A stretch of 64,000 nucleotides of DNA from Octopus vulgaris (lineage: Eukaryota). The translations under genes were made by a program, and so were the position numbers. This document shows, one piece after another, positions 13,690-28,949 of the stretch. The notes below the pieces were generated by a model, which saw nothing but the letters and a program-made list of their open reading frames with translations, was not told where the DNA came from and made no database searches. Numbering within the stretch: position 1 is the stretch's first letter; each line of letters starts with the position of its first letter. The stretch is from the NCBI GenBank assembly GCA_951406725.2, contig OX597831.1:20398001-20462000 (forward strand), in the 5' to 3' direction.

Positions 13690-13859
13690 CTGTAAGTTAG
13701 AAATCAGGACGATAGGACAGGAGGAATCACAAGAAAAAAAAACGAGAGGAAGATGGACGCACAAAACGTGAAAGGGTGAAAGAAACGGTAAAAGGGGAAA
13801 TAGCTCTAATTCTACCTTGTTTTCTGTTTGTCTTTCTGCTTGCTTGTCTGTTTTCTTGT

Positions 13860-14290
<431 letters not shown>

Positions 14291-14470
14291 GCCCTCTCTT
14301 TACAAATTTTATATAATATTCATAATTTCTTTGTTGTTCTTTTCAATTCTTGCTTTCTTCTCACCAACCTGTCTATCTCCCATCAACCTACTCACCCACA
14401 TTTCTCTCATTATTCTTTGTTTAATCCCATCCTCTCTCACCACTCACACATTCACACACATTCACACGGA

Positions 14471-14790
14471 ATCTTGATTCTCAGATGTTTTCTTTTTTTT
14501 ATTTCAAAAGATATTTCAAAATAAAACTTAAGCAAAACTGATAGTGAGCTTCTCAAACATTCAGACTACCAAAGAACAAGAATCACAGAGATTTGATAAT
14601 TCTATCTGCCTCTGTCTCTGACCCAATCTCTTCCCCTTCCTCTTCCTCTCTCTCACGCCCTACGTCCCCCTCTCTCCCCCCTCTCTCTCTATTGTTTCAC
14701 TTTCATCAACTTGGAATCTACTTTGATGTTTTGATTTACCAAAAGTTCAATCAGTCAGATAAGATATCAATGAAGAACATTATTCCAGCG
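14471..14790. repeat. Low-copy local module, copy 4 (with a CT-rich expansion)
   Basis: Diverged match to 576-815. Confidence 0.8.
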
Positions 14791-15035
14791 TACTATTGTA
14801 TACACATACATACATATAATACATACATACATACATACACACGCACATACATATATACATATATACATACATACATACATACATACATACACACATACAT
14901 ACATACACACATACATACATACATAAATACATAGGTACACATATATATATATATACATACAAGCATGCATACATGCACACACATATATATGTATTTATAT
15001 ATGTATATATATGTATTTATGTGTGTATGTATGTG

Positions 15036-15067
<32 letters not shown>

Positions 15068-15073
15068 CATATA

Positions 15074-15152
<79 letters not shown>

Positions 15153-15365
15153 GCATACACACACACACATACATATATATATATGTATACATATAAGTAG
15201 TCTTGTTTTTTTCTATATCCCATTCTCGCCTCGTCTGTTCGTTGTTCTCTCGTCTAAATCCCAATGCGATCAACCAATCCTCCAAAGTATATACATGAAA
15301 CAAAAAAATGATGGACGTAACCTCAACTTTTGTCTGTTTCTTGCTTTCTTTTGTTTATTTTTCAG

Positions 15366-15414
15366 CATCGAGTTTCAGAATCTGGAGCAGAGTGACACCT
15401 GGACGTTATGACCT
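15366..15414 (+). other. Candidate 49-nt internal exon
   Basis: Long pyrimidine tract plus TTTTTCAG acceptor; GTAAGT donor; single open frame (phase 1 to 2) [16 protein letters not shown]. Confidence 0.4.
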
Positions 15415-15423
15415 GTAAGTGAT

Positions 15424-15775
15424 TTCTTCTTCTTCTTCTTCTTCTTCTTCTTCTTCTTCTTCTTCTTCTTCTTCTTCTTCTTCTTCTTCTTCTTCTTCTT
15501 CTTCTTCTTCTTCTTCTTCTTCATCTTCTTCTTCATCTTCTTCTTCTTCTTCTTCTTCTTCTTCTTCTTCTTCTTCTTCCTCGGCTTCTTCTTCTTCTTC
15601 TTCTTCTTCATCTTCTTCTTCTTCTTCTTCTTCTTCTTCTTCTTCTTTTTCTTCTTCTTCTTCTTCCTCGGCTTCTTCTTCTTCTTCTTCTTCTTCTTCT
15701 TCTTCTTCTTCTTCTTCCTTCTTCTTCTTCAGCTACTTCTTCTTCTTCAGCTTCTTCTTCTTCAGCTTCTTCTTT

Positions 15776-15816
<41 letters not shown>

Positions 15817-15875
15817 CTTCTTCTTCTTCTTCTTCTTCTTCTTCTTCCTCCTCCTCCTCCTCCTCCTCCTCCCCC
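15424..15875. repeat. (TTC)n/(TTG)n/(CTC)n tract
   Basis: Visible tract. Confidence 0.97.
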
Positions 15876-16457
15876 TCCCCCTCCTATGGTTCGTATCTTT
15901 GTCTTGGTCTTCTGCTTGTTATCGTTGTTACTAAAAAAAAACAGAAGAAAAACCAAAAACAATATTACTGAATCATTTCAAGTGTCAATTAAGAAGCTCA
16001 GATCGAACGTCGACCATTTCGATCTTCTCCGTGGAGTTCCTCTATCAGTCATGACTTGACTGAGGTTGGTGGTGGCGAGGATAGGGTGTTGTCCCATTTT
16101 TTTCCATCAATTTAATACAACAAAAAAAACAACAAAAAAAACAAAGAAAACCCCAGCAAAAACGCAGAAGAACAAGGAGCCAAACCCCCCCCAAAAAACA
16201 TACCAAAACAAAGACGTCAACGTGTTTATCGTTATGTGATCGACGAAGCTTGTAGAAAAATAGCCGCCGAATCCACCTTAGAAGACACTTCCCTACCATA
16301 TTAGAATTAATAGTAAAACACTGAATTACGTAGATGGACGATGCTTGAAAGAAAAAGGATTATAAAAAAAAAAAAACAGGGATTGTTGCAATTGGTTTGT
16401 CTTTGATCAATGCTTTAATCGACCAGGGATGATTTTGAAGGTATATAAACAACGAGA

Positions 16458-16460
16458 CGA

Positions 16461-16492
<32 letters not shown>

Positions 16493-17170
16493 ATGGTGGT
16501 TTTGGTGATGGTTGTGATGGTTGTGATGGTTGTGATGGTGTTGATGGTGGCGACGTGGATGATCGTCATGTCCACTATAATGAAGAGGGGTGGTGATGAT
16601 GAAGGCAATGGCAATGATGGGGATAATGATGATGATGATCATGTTGGTGGTGATGGTGGTGATAGTGATGGTGGCGGTGGTGGTGATGATGATGGTGGTG
16701 GTGATGGTGGTGGTGATGGTGGTGATGGTAGTGGTGGTGATGATGATAGTGATGGTGATGGTGATGATGATAGTGATGGTGATGGTGATGATGATGAAGA
16801 TGATGATGATGATGATGATGGTCGTGGTGATGGTGGTGGTGATGATGATAGCGGTGATGGTGGTGGTGGTGATGGTGGTGGTGGTGATGATGACGGTGAT
16901 GATGATGGGGATGAGGATGATAGTGGTGGTGTTGGTGTTGAAAGTGATGGTAATGATGATGATGATGATAATGATGATGATGATGGTGGTGGTGATGATA
17001 AGGGTGATGATGATGATGATGATGCGGATTAGAAAGATCGTCACGACCATTATAATGAAGGTGGTAGTGACGATGATCAAGGCGATGCTGCTGCTGCTGA
17101 TGATGATAATGATGATGATGACGGTGATGATGGTGATGACGATGAGAGGATGACGGTGATGATGATGAGG
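16458..17170. repeat. Degenerate (GAT/GGT)n trinucleotide tract
   Basis: Visible tract; open in several frames. Confidence 0.93.
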
Positions 17171-17570
17171 AAGATCTTGATCTCCATAATTCTGAACTGC
17201 AGCAATAACAACGATATTGACAACGAACAACAACAGCAACATTGTAGAAATGTCAAGATTTTCGAAATAGAGAAAATGCTCGAAATACCAATCAAGATAT
17301 AAAGCAAAATAAAAAAAATAAAGTAGGAAAAATAAAATAAAAAAATAAATTAAAAATACATAAAAAAAATATTGCAGACAAAAATGAAATCTTATTCAGA
17401 CGAGCTGTTGTGTCTTTAGGTTTCCATAAAGCTGTATGGCATGGAAACACACAGCATTGATAATAATGATAGCAGCAGCAGTCGCAGCAGCAGTCGCAGC
17501 AGCAGCAGGAGCAACAACACCACCTCCAACAACGACAACAACAGCAGCAGCAGCAGCAACAACAACAACT

Positions 17571-17640
17571 GTGGAGGCGCAATGGCCCAGTGGTTAGGGC
17601 ATCGGACTCGCGGTCGTATGAACGCGGTTTCGATTCCCAT
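17571..17640 (+). mobile_element. SINE family C head (tRNA-like)
   Basis: Matches the 5' end of 30282-30665. Confidence 0.8.
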
Positions 17641-18451
17641 TTCATTGCCAAGGAGGACTATGGTGCGGCAGATAGACTTAATTAATGACGAATTAATAGA
17701 ACAGCTGAACACTGTGCGTAAAAAATTTGGTTTTCTTTGGCACTAGATGAGAACGCTGCACAGTTACTTATCTTTGTCTGTGGAATTGATGAAAATTTCG
17801 TCATCACAGAGGATCTACTTGGTTTGAAAAATACAATCACTGGTCAGGACTTGTTTGAATGTGGATTGTGTGGAGAAAAGTGCTTTGTCATGGAATAGAA
17901 TGGCAAGCATTACAACAGATCGGGCTAGAGCATTTACTGGAAAATATGTGAATATGATTAAACTTTTATAGAACAAGCTAAAAGCAGAACACCCAGACAA
18001 TGATATCTTGCCTTTTCATTGTATTTTGCATCAGGGAACCCTCTGTAAAGCTGCACTGGACCTAAAGCATGTGGTGGATCCTGTAGGGAGCGTAATGAAC
18101 TCAATCTGAACAAGGGTGCTCTACCATCGACAATTTAAATTTCTGCTTGAGGATAATGGAGGCAGAGTATGGAGATGTAATTTACCACAACAGTGTTCGG
18201 TGGTTGAGCCTGGACAAAATTCTAAAATGGGTTTGGGAATTACAGAATGAAATCCTCCCTTTTCTGGACATGAAGAGGCTTTCACGTGATTTTGTTTCCA
18301 AAATGGGATGTGAGGAGTGGAGATATGAGATGATATTTGCAGCTGATATGTTTGAGAAATTAAATGAATTGAATGTGACATTGCAGGGAAAGGGGTTGTT
18401 TGTACATGAAATGTTTAGGCATGTGAAATTATTCAAAACAAAACTACGGCT

Positions 18452-18576
18452 TATTTACATTATTTACATTATTTACATTCGGCGTATATTTGTCCTCGTC
18501 TTGTTTGTTGTTAACACAACGTTTCGTCGAATGTAAATAATGTACATAATTCCTCATCTTTTAAATATAGAACTGT
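18452..18576. mobile_element. Short fold-back retro-insertion with 12-bp TSD
   Basis: AAAACTACGGCT at 18440-51 and 18577-88; internal inverted ATTATTTACATTCGGCG / CGTCGAATGTAAATAAT. Confidence 0.8.
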
Positions 18577-18952
18577 AAAACTACGGCTATTTGCAAGGCA
18601 AGCAAGCGAGGGCAAGTTTTGCCATTTCCCTTTATTAGAAGACAGAAAGTACTAGCACGTGTTTCTTCCAAGATTAGGGATCATTTGCTGAGTTTGGAGG
18701 ATGAGGTCACAAGATTTCAGGATTTTAAGAAAATTCAGCCGGATTTAACTTTGTCATCTTATCCTTTCGCTGCTGATATTGATACAGCAACTGAGGAGGT
18801 GCAACTTGAACTAATTCACATACAATCAGATCACACGCTGAAAGAAATGTTTAATTCTGTGACATTGGTAGAATTTTAAAAATCTCTACTGACAAATTTC
18901 CATGTGTGAAGAAATTTTCTGGTAAAATGTCTTTTAGTTTTGGATCCACATA

Positions 18953-19183
18953 CAGAGTTGGCCAAAAGTCATCCGACAGTAAATCAAAATTCCATAAATA
19001 CTTAATATTCAACCTAATTTATATATTCCAATTATGAATGTTTAATAATGGAATGCTGTGAGTTAAAATCACCATTTTTTTTCAACGTTTGTCTATTTAT
19101 TAGCGAAGTCTCATTCAGTTGTTAAATAAATCTTGGAATTTTATGGTTTTGATTTACTGTCAGGAGACTTTTGACTAAACCTG
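18953..19183. mobile_element. Tc1/mariner MITE inserted in the hAT transposase
   Basis: TA-CAGAGTTGGCCAAAAGTCATCCGACAGTAAATCAAAA...TTTTGATTTACTGTCAGGAGACTTTTGACTAAACCTG-TA; removing it restores FGSTY-TCEQ. Confidence 0.9.
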
Positions 19184-19424
19184 TATACTTGTGAGCAAAG
19201 TTTTTCCTGCATGAAGATCAACAAGAGCAAAAATAGATCCTCTGTGAGTGACATAAACTTGCAGGTAGTGACGAGGATCTCAATAAGCAACCTAGTTTCA
19301 AAAGAATTGTAAATAAGTGTGAAAGATTACATTTGTCTCATTAAATTACTTGTGCTGACTGACGTGTAATTTGCCCATAAATAAATTTAATGAAACCTTT
19401 TCTGTGTACCACAATTGTTTTAGT

Positions 19425-19493
<69 letters not shown>

Positions 19494-21292
19494 GTGATTT
19501 ACACTTCGCATTAAATGGAATGTAATATTAACTAATGAATACGATCAATTATAGAAGGTGCAGCCCTCCGCTAACCATGGACCCTCTCAAAGTGTCCCCA
19601 TGGCAAAAAAGGAGACTTTAGGATCTGGATGTCTTTACAGGTTCCGCCCGACCACTTTTTTTTGGTCAGCTTTGTGCTACTACATATTCGTACTGTTCCA
19701 CAAAAGTAACACCTGTGCTCTGGTCAGTGGTGATGACATCCAAAAACACATCGGCCAAGACTTCCTCGAAAATCCTTCTTCAAGGACATGCAAAATCCAT
19801 TGTTTTTTTTTTGGCAAGACAGAGGTATGCCACCTTCCTCCTCACTCTTTTCTGTATAAATTCGGTGGGCAAGGAAGTACCAGCCTTTGTTACATACATT
19901 GCTCGATCCTTTTCCTAGAGCTGACTTAAGCCCAGCGCCTCCCTTTCTCTCACAACATTTGCAAATTATAGAATGCTATTGTTGCTTTTATCACTGTTGT
20001 TGATATTGTTGTTTCCATTGAAATTAATATTCTGTGTGTCTTGTATCTGTTGTACAAATATGTCGAAAACGGAAGCTCCTTCTATGTGTTTGATTTATTT
20101 TCGCTTGAAATTAATTTGATGGGTAGGGTAGGTCGCGTTTTGTTTACGTTACTACTATTATCGTCACTAAAACGACTCGTTCTTCCTGTCACTACTGAGT
20201 CGGCCATCTTTCCACTAGGCAAACAATATCATCCTCACCACCACCACCACCACCACCACCACCACCACCACCATCATCATCACCACCACCACCACCACCA
20301 CCACCACCACCACCAGCACCACAACCAGCGATTCCACTGCGCCGCCGCCACTGCCCCCACCATTACCACCACCACAACCACCACAACCACCATTATCTTT
20401 GTCATCATCATCATCGTTGTCGTCATCATTCTCCTCATCAACAACAGTTAGCAACAGCAACAACAGCAGCAGCACCACCACCACTACACCCCCCCCCAAC
20501 AACAGCAATACTCATAACAACAACAAAAAGTAATACTAACAGTATCAATAATACTATTCAAATTTTGTTAAACATGTCATATTAACATTTTTTTATTATC
20601 ATTTCCATTATATTTTTTTCTTTCTCTGTATTCTTTTCCACCAAAACTTCAGACTCAGATAATCACAAATACAGAAATGCATAAACAACTCATTTATTTC
20701 ATCGCATATTTTTCTTTGTCTCTTGTTCAAAATCCATATTTGTCTTCAGTTATACAAAATGGAAGCGTAAAAAAAGAGTGAAAACAGAGAAAAGAATACA
20801 CATAGAAACATACTAATACACACAATCACGCACAGAGGTAGACACAAAATTTGCTTTCAAAATCATCTGTAAAACAGTTCAGCTGTGTATTTTCTTATCA
20901 AATATAATTCAATTAAGCAGAAAAGGAAAATAAAAAAAATCATTGGCGGTATGTTTTCTTATAGTTGCAGTCGGCAAGTGTCTTATCTTTGGACGTACTC
21001 TGTGCGCATGCACGGGCGTGTGAGTGTATGTAATTATACGTGTGTGTGAGACGACGACGACGATGACGACGATGATGATGACACACGCACATATGCTCAC
21101 ATACATACAGACACACACACACACACACACATACAGAGACACACACACATATGGAAGTTGAGTTGCATCGAACAAATAAGAGAGTAGTACTCAATACTCA
21201 TTGTAGAGTATATATATGTATATATAAAATTATACGTATACATACATACATACATACATACATACATACATACATACATACAATATATATAC

Positions 21293-21365
<73 letters not shown>

Positions 21366-21397
21366 TTGTATGTATGTACGTATGGATGCATCTATAT

Positions 21398-21760
21398 ACT
21401 CTTTTACGCTTTACTCTTTTACTCGTTTCAGTCATTTGGCTGTGGCCATGTTGGAGCAGCGCCTTTAGTCGAGCACATTGACCCCAGGACTTGTTCTTTG
21501 CAAGCCTAGTACTTATTCTATCGGTTTCTTTTGCCGAACCGCTAAGTTATGAGGACGTAATCACACCAGCATCTGTCGTCAAGCGATGTTGGGAGGACAA
21601 ACACAGACATACAAACATACACACAAACACACAGACACACAGACATACACACACACACACACATTTATATATATATACATACCTGCCCAAAATGCCACGC
21701 AGTGGGACTGAACCCGGAACCATGTAGTTCGTAAGCAAGCTACTTACCACACAGCCATAC
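21398..21760 (-). mobile_element. SINE family A (internally deleted)
   Basis: Reverse match to family A. Confidence 0.85.
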
Positions 21761-22202
21761 ATGCATACACACATATATATATATATATGTTTGTATGTAT
21801 GTACGTATGGGTGCATCTATATATGTATATATAGTTTTATACTGAAATTGAATCGGGGTGTCTGTCTCGGGAATTGAATTTATCAACAGACCATAAACAA
21901 ATTCATAACAACCCCACCTAGAATAGCAAGGGATACCATACCACAGAAATAACTCATGTAATCAATGAAAAACTAATGAATAAAAATAAGCATAAACCCA
22001 CTCATCTACACCAACGGATGTATAAAGTTATCCTACCAATACCATGTTGAAATTGTTTCGCCCCAAGATTGTTGTGGAGAGAAACTCGAGACTAAATCTC
22101 AACTTGAAGTTCAATAAAAAATCATATCCTCTACAGCATATATTAAGCACTCCCAACTCGTTTGTCCTATATATAGTAACGTACACACACACATATACAC
22201 AT

Positions 22203-23117
22203 ACACACACACTCAAATATATATGTATACACATGCACACTCAAATATATATGTATACACACACACACTCAAATATATATGTATACACACGCACACTCAA
22301 ATATACATGTATACACACACACACTCAAATATATATGTATACACACACACACACACACTCAAATATATATGTAAACACTCACACACTCAAATATATATGT
22401 ATACACAAACACACTCAAATATATATGTATACACACGCACACTCAAATATATATGTATACACATACACACTCAAATATATATGTATACACACACACTCAA
22501 ATATATATGTATACACACGCAGACTCAAATATATATGTATACACATACACACTCAAATATATATGTATACACACACACACTCAAATATATATGTATACAC
22601 ACACACACTCAAATATATATGTATACACACGCACACTCAAATATATATGTATACACACGCACACTCAAAAATACATGTATACACACACACACTCAAATAT
22701 ATATGTATACACACACACACTCAACTATATATGTATACACACGCACACTCAAATATATATGTATACACACGCACACTCAAATATATATGTATAGACACAC
22801 ACACTCAAATATATATGTATAGACACACACACTCAAATATATGTGTATACTCACACACACTCAAATATATATGTATACATGCGCACACTCAAATATATAT
22901 GTATACACACACACACTCAAATATATATGTATAGACACACACACACACACTCAAATATATATGTATACACACACACACTCAAATATATATGTATACACAC
23001 GCACACTCAAATATATATGAATACACACGCACACTCAAATATATATGTATACACACACACACTCAAATATATATGTATACACACACACACTCAAATATAT
23101 ATGTATACACACACACA
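22203..23117. repeat. 26-bp minisatellite ACACACACACTCAAATATATATGTAT, ~35 copies
   Basis: Visible periodic TCAAATATATATGTATAC motif. Confidence 0.95.
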
Positions 23118-23635
23118 TGATAAAATAGAATCCATAGAGGCTGGTGTCGGCCTGTGCCAGCACGATATATTATTTAGAAAAATGGACAGAAAATTTCTGT
23201 TAAATTGTCATGGAGAATGAAAAACCCAATGTTTCGAACTGTGCTTCTTTAAGGAAAAGGTGAGTAGAAGCAATTGAAAGAAAAACAGCAGTTTTACATC
23301 CTGTATGTCTGAGAAACTAGCTACGACTGATGAGGAACGCAAGATGACATGACCCTCATATATAAACGCACATACACGAACACTTCTTCATCTTACAAAC
23401 CCGACCCTCTATACTTCTGCCCTTACACACCTCTATAAACATATATACATCCCCGCGAAATATAAACACCATCTCTACCCCTTCTACCTATCTCAAAACA
23501 CTCCTATAACACACACATCCTTTACCCTCTTCTTTTCTTAATTCCCTCAATAGAATCACATTTCCACCTGGCTCTAACCCATTGCCAGCTTTTTCCCTCT
23601 CATCCATTTACCTTTCTTTTTCACCCCTCCTATGT

Positions 23636-23674
23636 ATTTTTCCGATGAAGGATTAATGTCCGAAACATTAAAAT
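23636..23674 (+). ncRNA. Degenerate minimal hammerhead-like motif
   Basis: TTTT-CCGATGA-A-GGA-ttaatg-TCC-GAAA-CA-TT-AAAA. Confidence 0.5.
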
Positions 23675-23889
23675 TCTTTCCCTTCTTTCTTTTATGCATT
23701 AAACTAGTACAATATTTGTTTAAACTTGTCTCCCCTGTGTTGTGCTTACTCCTTTTTGTTTTGTTCATTATATTTCCTACATGCATACATACATGCATGC
23801 ATGCATACATACATACATACATACATACATACATACATACATACATACATACATACACACAGATACATGCATACGTTTATATATATGTA

Positions 23890-24190
23890 AAGTAATCCCT
23901 CGACTATCGCAGGTGTTACGTTCTAAAACTTCCCGCGATAGATGAAAATCCGCGAAGTAGAAACAGTTCTGTACTGTATATTTAAAAAAATTATTATTAT
24001 AATTGTAGGCGTAGGAGTGGCTGTATGATAAGTAGCTTGCTTACGAACCACATGGTTCCGTGTTCAGTTCCACTGCGTGGCACCTTGGGCAAGTGTCTTC
24101 TACTATAGCCGATCAAAGCCTTGTGAGTGAATTTGGTAGACGGAAACTGAGGGCGCGATAGGTAAACCGAGATATGGCGAGTGATTACTG
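23890..24190. mobile_element. Tigger/pogo-like MITE containing a truncated SINE A (24008-24150)
   Basis: Ends AGTAATCCCTCG / CGAGTGATTACTG-TA; subterminal CGCGATAG repeats. Confidence 0.65.
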
Positions 24191-24195
24191 TATAT

Positions 24196-24416
24196 ACTCT
24201 TTTACTCTTTTACTTGTTTCAGTCATTTGACTGCCGCCATGCTGGAGCACCGCCTTTAGTCGAGCACATGGACCCCAGGACTTATTCTTTGTAAGCCTAG
24301 TACTTAATCTATCGGTTTATTTTGCCGAACCGCTAAGTTACGGGGACGTAAACACACCAGCATCGGTTGTCAAGCGATGTTGGGGGTGAGGGGCAAACAT
24401 AGACATACAAACATAT

Positions 24417-24469
<53 letters not shown>

Positions 24470-24627
24470 GGCTTCTTTCAGTTTCCATCTACCAAATCCA
24501 CTCACAAGGCTTTGATCGGCCCGAGGCTATAGGAGAAAACACTTGCCCAAGGTGCCACGCAGTGAGACTGAACCCGGAACCATGTTGTTGGTAAGCAAGC
24601 TACTTATCACACAGCCACTCCGACGCC
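24196..24627 (-). mobile_element. SINE family A, full length
   Basis: Reverse match; (TTTTACTC)n tail. Confidence 0.9.
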
Positions 24628-24640
24628 TATATATATATAT

Positions 24641-24972
<332 letters not shown>

Positions 24973-26090
24973 CACATATATGTACATATATATATATATA
25001 TATATATAATATAATGAAAGTTAGCATCTATGATATGAATACTTTCACTAGTTGATATCCATAAAGTTACGCTCGTTTCGCTGACAATGAAATAGAAAAG
25101 CAATTTATCTTAGTGTATACAAATAATAAATTATTTTATTTCTGTATTAGTGCTTATGTTATAAATTATATGTACTATTGTACAATATATATATATGTAC
25201 ACACGCACACACAAACACACACATACACACACACATGCATATGTGATTTTAAGGAGAAGCTCCTCGATTCGCAACTCTAAATTTCACGTTAGCGATTATC
25301 CAGACGACCGAATAATCGGTGTCGTGAAACCCAGTGTATCAATTCAAGACTCTATCGCTTATACATATACAGAATCAATAGACTTGTTTATTTTTATATT
25401 TAGATCATTTTTACATTTCCATTGATGATACAATATCGTCTGTTGGGACTGTTAGTTTGATTAGATGTCATTTCCTTTCCTGGTTGTCCTTGACAGCAAT
25501 ATTTTTTTTATTGATTACTCTTCATCTTCGTCTGCATGAATTGCCATATGGTAGAGCATTGCTGCTTTGTCAACGTCTGTCAAATTTTCTTGAGTCTGTT
25601 TATACCACATATTTTCTGTTAGAGTTTCATAATGCAATTATAATTTTTTTCTGTATACAAGACAGTGGATTGGCAGAGCCATTACACTTCCCTGCAATAT
25701 TTGTTCCGTAACTTAACGTTCTGAGTTCAAATCCTAGCAAGGCCAACTTTTCCTTTAATGTTTACGAGATCGATAAAATATAATTCTAGGGTAGTTGTAA
25801 TCAACAGTTCCAACCCGCTACACCCCTGGTCTTGTGACTGTGTCAGAAATTATTTTTCGACAGTTTTATGCGAGTTTCTACTTCATCACCAGGTGCACTC
25901 TTTTTTACCTCGAGATGTGCGCAAGCATTCTAGTTTTAGATTCTAGAGCAGTGTTAGTATATTGTAACAGTTTTGCTTTGCTGTACGGTTTGGTTCGTGG
26001 TTTCTGGTGCCATTTTGGTGCTTTCTTTGCTGTATAAAGTATGAGTAATATGTCGTATGGTTTTGCTGAATGGTAATTCTGTAAGAACAG

Positions 26091-26179
<89 letters not shown>

Positions 26180-26225
26180 CCATTACCATCACCACCACCA
26201 CCACCACCACCACCATATATATATA

Positions 26226-26635
26226 GGCGCAGGAGTGGCTGTGTGGTAAGTAGCTTGTTTACCAACCACATGGTTCCGGGTTCAGTCCCACTGTGTGGCA
26301 TCTTGGGCAAGTGTATTCTGCTATAGCCCCGGGCCGACCAATGCCTTTTGAGTGGATTTGGTAGGCGGAAACTGAAAGAAGCCTGTCGTATATATGTATA
26401 TATATATGTGTGTATGTGTGTGTGTTTGTGTGTCTGTGTTTGTCCCCCTAGCATTGCTTGACAACCGATGCTGATGTGTTTACGTCCCCGTCACTTAGCG
26501 GTTCGGCAAAAGAAACCGATAGAATAAGTACTGGGCTTACAAAGAATAAGTCCCGGGGTCGAGTTGCTCGACTAAAGGCGGTGCTCCAGCATGGCCACAG
26601 TCAAATGACTGAAACAAGTAAAATAGTAAAAGAGT
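26226..26635 (+). mobile_element. SINE family A, full length
   Basis: tRNA-like head, CTTGGGCAAGT core, internal (TA)/(TG) tract, (GTAAAAGA)n tail. Confidence 0.92.
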
Positions 26636-27157
26636 AATATATATAATACAAAATGGGACAAGAACGCAAAACATCCGGACAACTAGGTGCTAGAAAAAGG
26701 GACAATAAAACATCGAGATAGACGATACAAAAAAAACAAGGACTGGCCATTCCAATCTTTCCCCAGTCAAGAACCGGATCATCCTCGCAATTTCGGCTGA
26801 TTAATCTTGAGATTGCTCCAATCTGGCCAGCCCCAAGGAAAAACTAAGCTAAGAGCATTAGATTCCTTGGAAGAAAGCATCGAATGTATACGAAAACAAG
26901 GACGGAAAAACAGACGATGTTACACGAATATAAATACAAAATATATAATAATAATACCAGGACATGGTTCCGGGTTCAGTCCCACTGTAAGCCAAATTGG
27001 ACTCGGGCCGACCAAAACCTTGTGAGTGGATTTGGAAGCCCGTCGTGTAATGTACATACACACACACACACTCATATATATATATATATATATTGGTAAA
27101 ACGGTAAGATAGCAAAAGAAAGAGACCTCAATATTATGTAAATAGAGGAAATTTATC

Positions 27158-27533
<376 letters not shown>

Positions 27534-27882
27534 CATCTCACCAGTCTTACTGTAATATAAAAACAGTTTACTTTCAGGTTCGCAATGAATTGAAAGCAAT
27601 GAAACTGCATCTGAAGTGTGATATGATGTTTAAAATGTTTACATTTAATTATAGCTAAAGATAATGTTGGAAATTTAAAAGAAAAGCTAATATAACTTTC
27701 CATTTTATTAAAAGACAATAATGCTTCATATTTACAATAAATACATTTTTGTAAAGTGAAAATAAAAGCTATAACCACCGCAGAATCGAAGCCTTTTAAA
27801 AATCTTTCATAATACAAATATTTATAACTTTGTCAGCAGTTTCTCTCTTTTTCAGTGTAGAATTAATGTTATGAAAGCGTGT

Positions 27883-27919
<37 letters not shown>

Positions 27920-28057
27920 TGCATACATGCATACACGTGCATTTAGTTACAAACATATAAATGCATATGCTGATATTGATATAAACGTATATATATATAT
28001 ACACACACACACAAACATATGACACACACACACAAACGTATAAAATATGTATGTATA

Positions 28058-28217
28058 GGCGCAGGCGTGGCTGTGTGGTAAGAAGCTTGCTTCCCAACCA
28101 CATGGTTCCGGGTTCAGTGCCACTGCATGCCACCTTGACCAAGTGTCTTAGCCTTGGGCCGACCAAAGCCTTGTCAGTGGATTTGGTAGACATAAACTTA
28201 AAGAAGCCCATCATATA

Positions 28218-28308
<91 letters not shown>

Positions 28309-28512
28309 GTATATGTTCGTGTGTCTGTGTTTGTCACACCACCATCGATTGACAACCGATGTTGGTGTTTTACGACCCCGTAACTTAGCGGTTCTGCAAG
28401 AGAATCCGATAGAATAAGTACTAGGCTTCCCAAGAAGTCCTGGGGTCGATTTGCTCCACTAAAGGCGGTGCTCCATCATGGCTGCAGCCAAATGGCTGAA
28501 ACAAATAAAAGA
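28058..28512 (+). mobile_element. SINE family A (diverged)
   Basis: Match to family A. Confidence 0.85.
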
Positions 28513-28569
28513 ATATATAAATATACGTATGTATGTATGTATGTATGTATGTTTGCATGTATGTATGTA

Positions 28570-28617
<48 letters not shown>

Positions 28618-28949
28618 TAACAATAATGACCACATACCGAAAATTTTAGAAATAGCAGCCAAAGGACTACTATTTCCTTTTTCTGCAAAAATATGTCTCC
28701 AAACCCTGTTGCAAACCCTTATTGTTATAATTATATAAGTTTTTACCGAATATGGTCCTTTTCCATACAGAAATACTACTAGGTGAAATTTCTAACTGGG
28801 TCCCACCTGCAAGGGCATGCGCTGTTTATCTAGATATGAGATCAGCATGTTGCCCACATAGGGTAATGATGCCCGTGCCTGGTGTACACTTATCAGGCGG
28901 GTATTCATGATGGGTATATTGAGATTTGTAACCCAGTGCCACTTTGATG

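Larger units (their letters stand above)
17641..19345 (+). pseudogene. hAT (SPIN/Buster/Charlie, GTF2IRD2-like) transposase remnant
   Basis: Motifs SLALDE..AQLLIFV, ITTD, FHCILHQ, YGDVIYHNSVRWLS and FGSTYTCEQSFSCMKINKSKNRS; stops, frameshifts and two nested insertions. Confidence 0.9.

Noticed and set aside
16415-17242. Asp/Gly-rich and hydrophobic long ORFs
   Set aside because: Degenerate (GAT/GGT)n repeat open in several frames
17641-19345. Domesticated GTF2IRD2-like host gene
   Set aside because: Multiple stops and frameshifts and two nested insertions indicate a dead transposon
22203-23117. CRISPR-like array
   Set aside because: No unique spacers, eukaryotic context and no cas genes
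26640-26945. Hammerhead on the minus strand (GGCTG...CAGCC-GAAA)
   Set aside because: A stem plus GAAA is present but there is no CUGANGA-like core; left as an unclassified probable repeat
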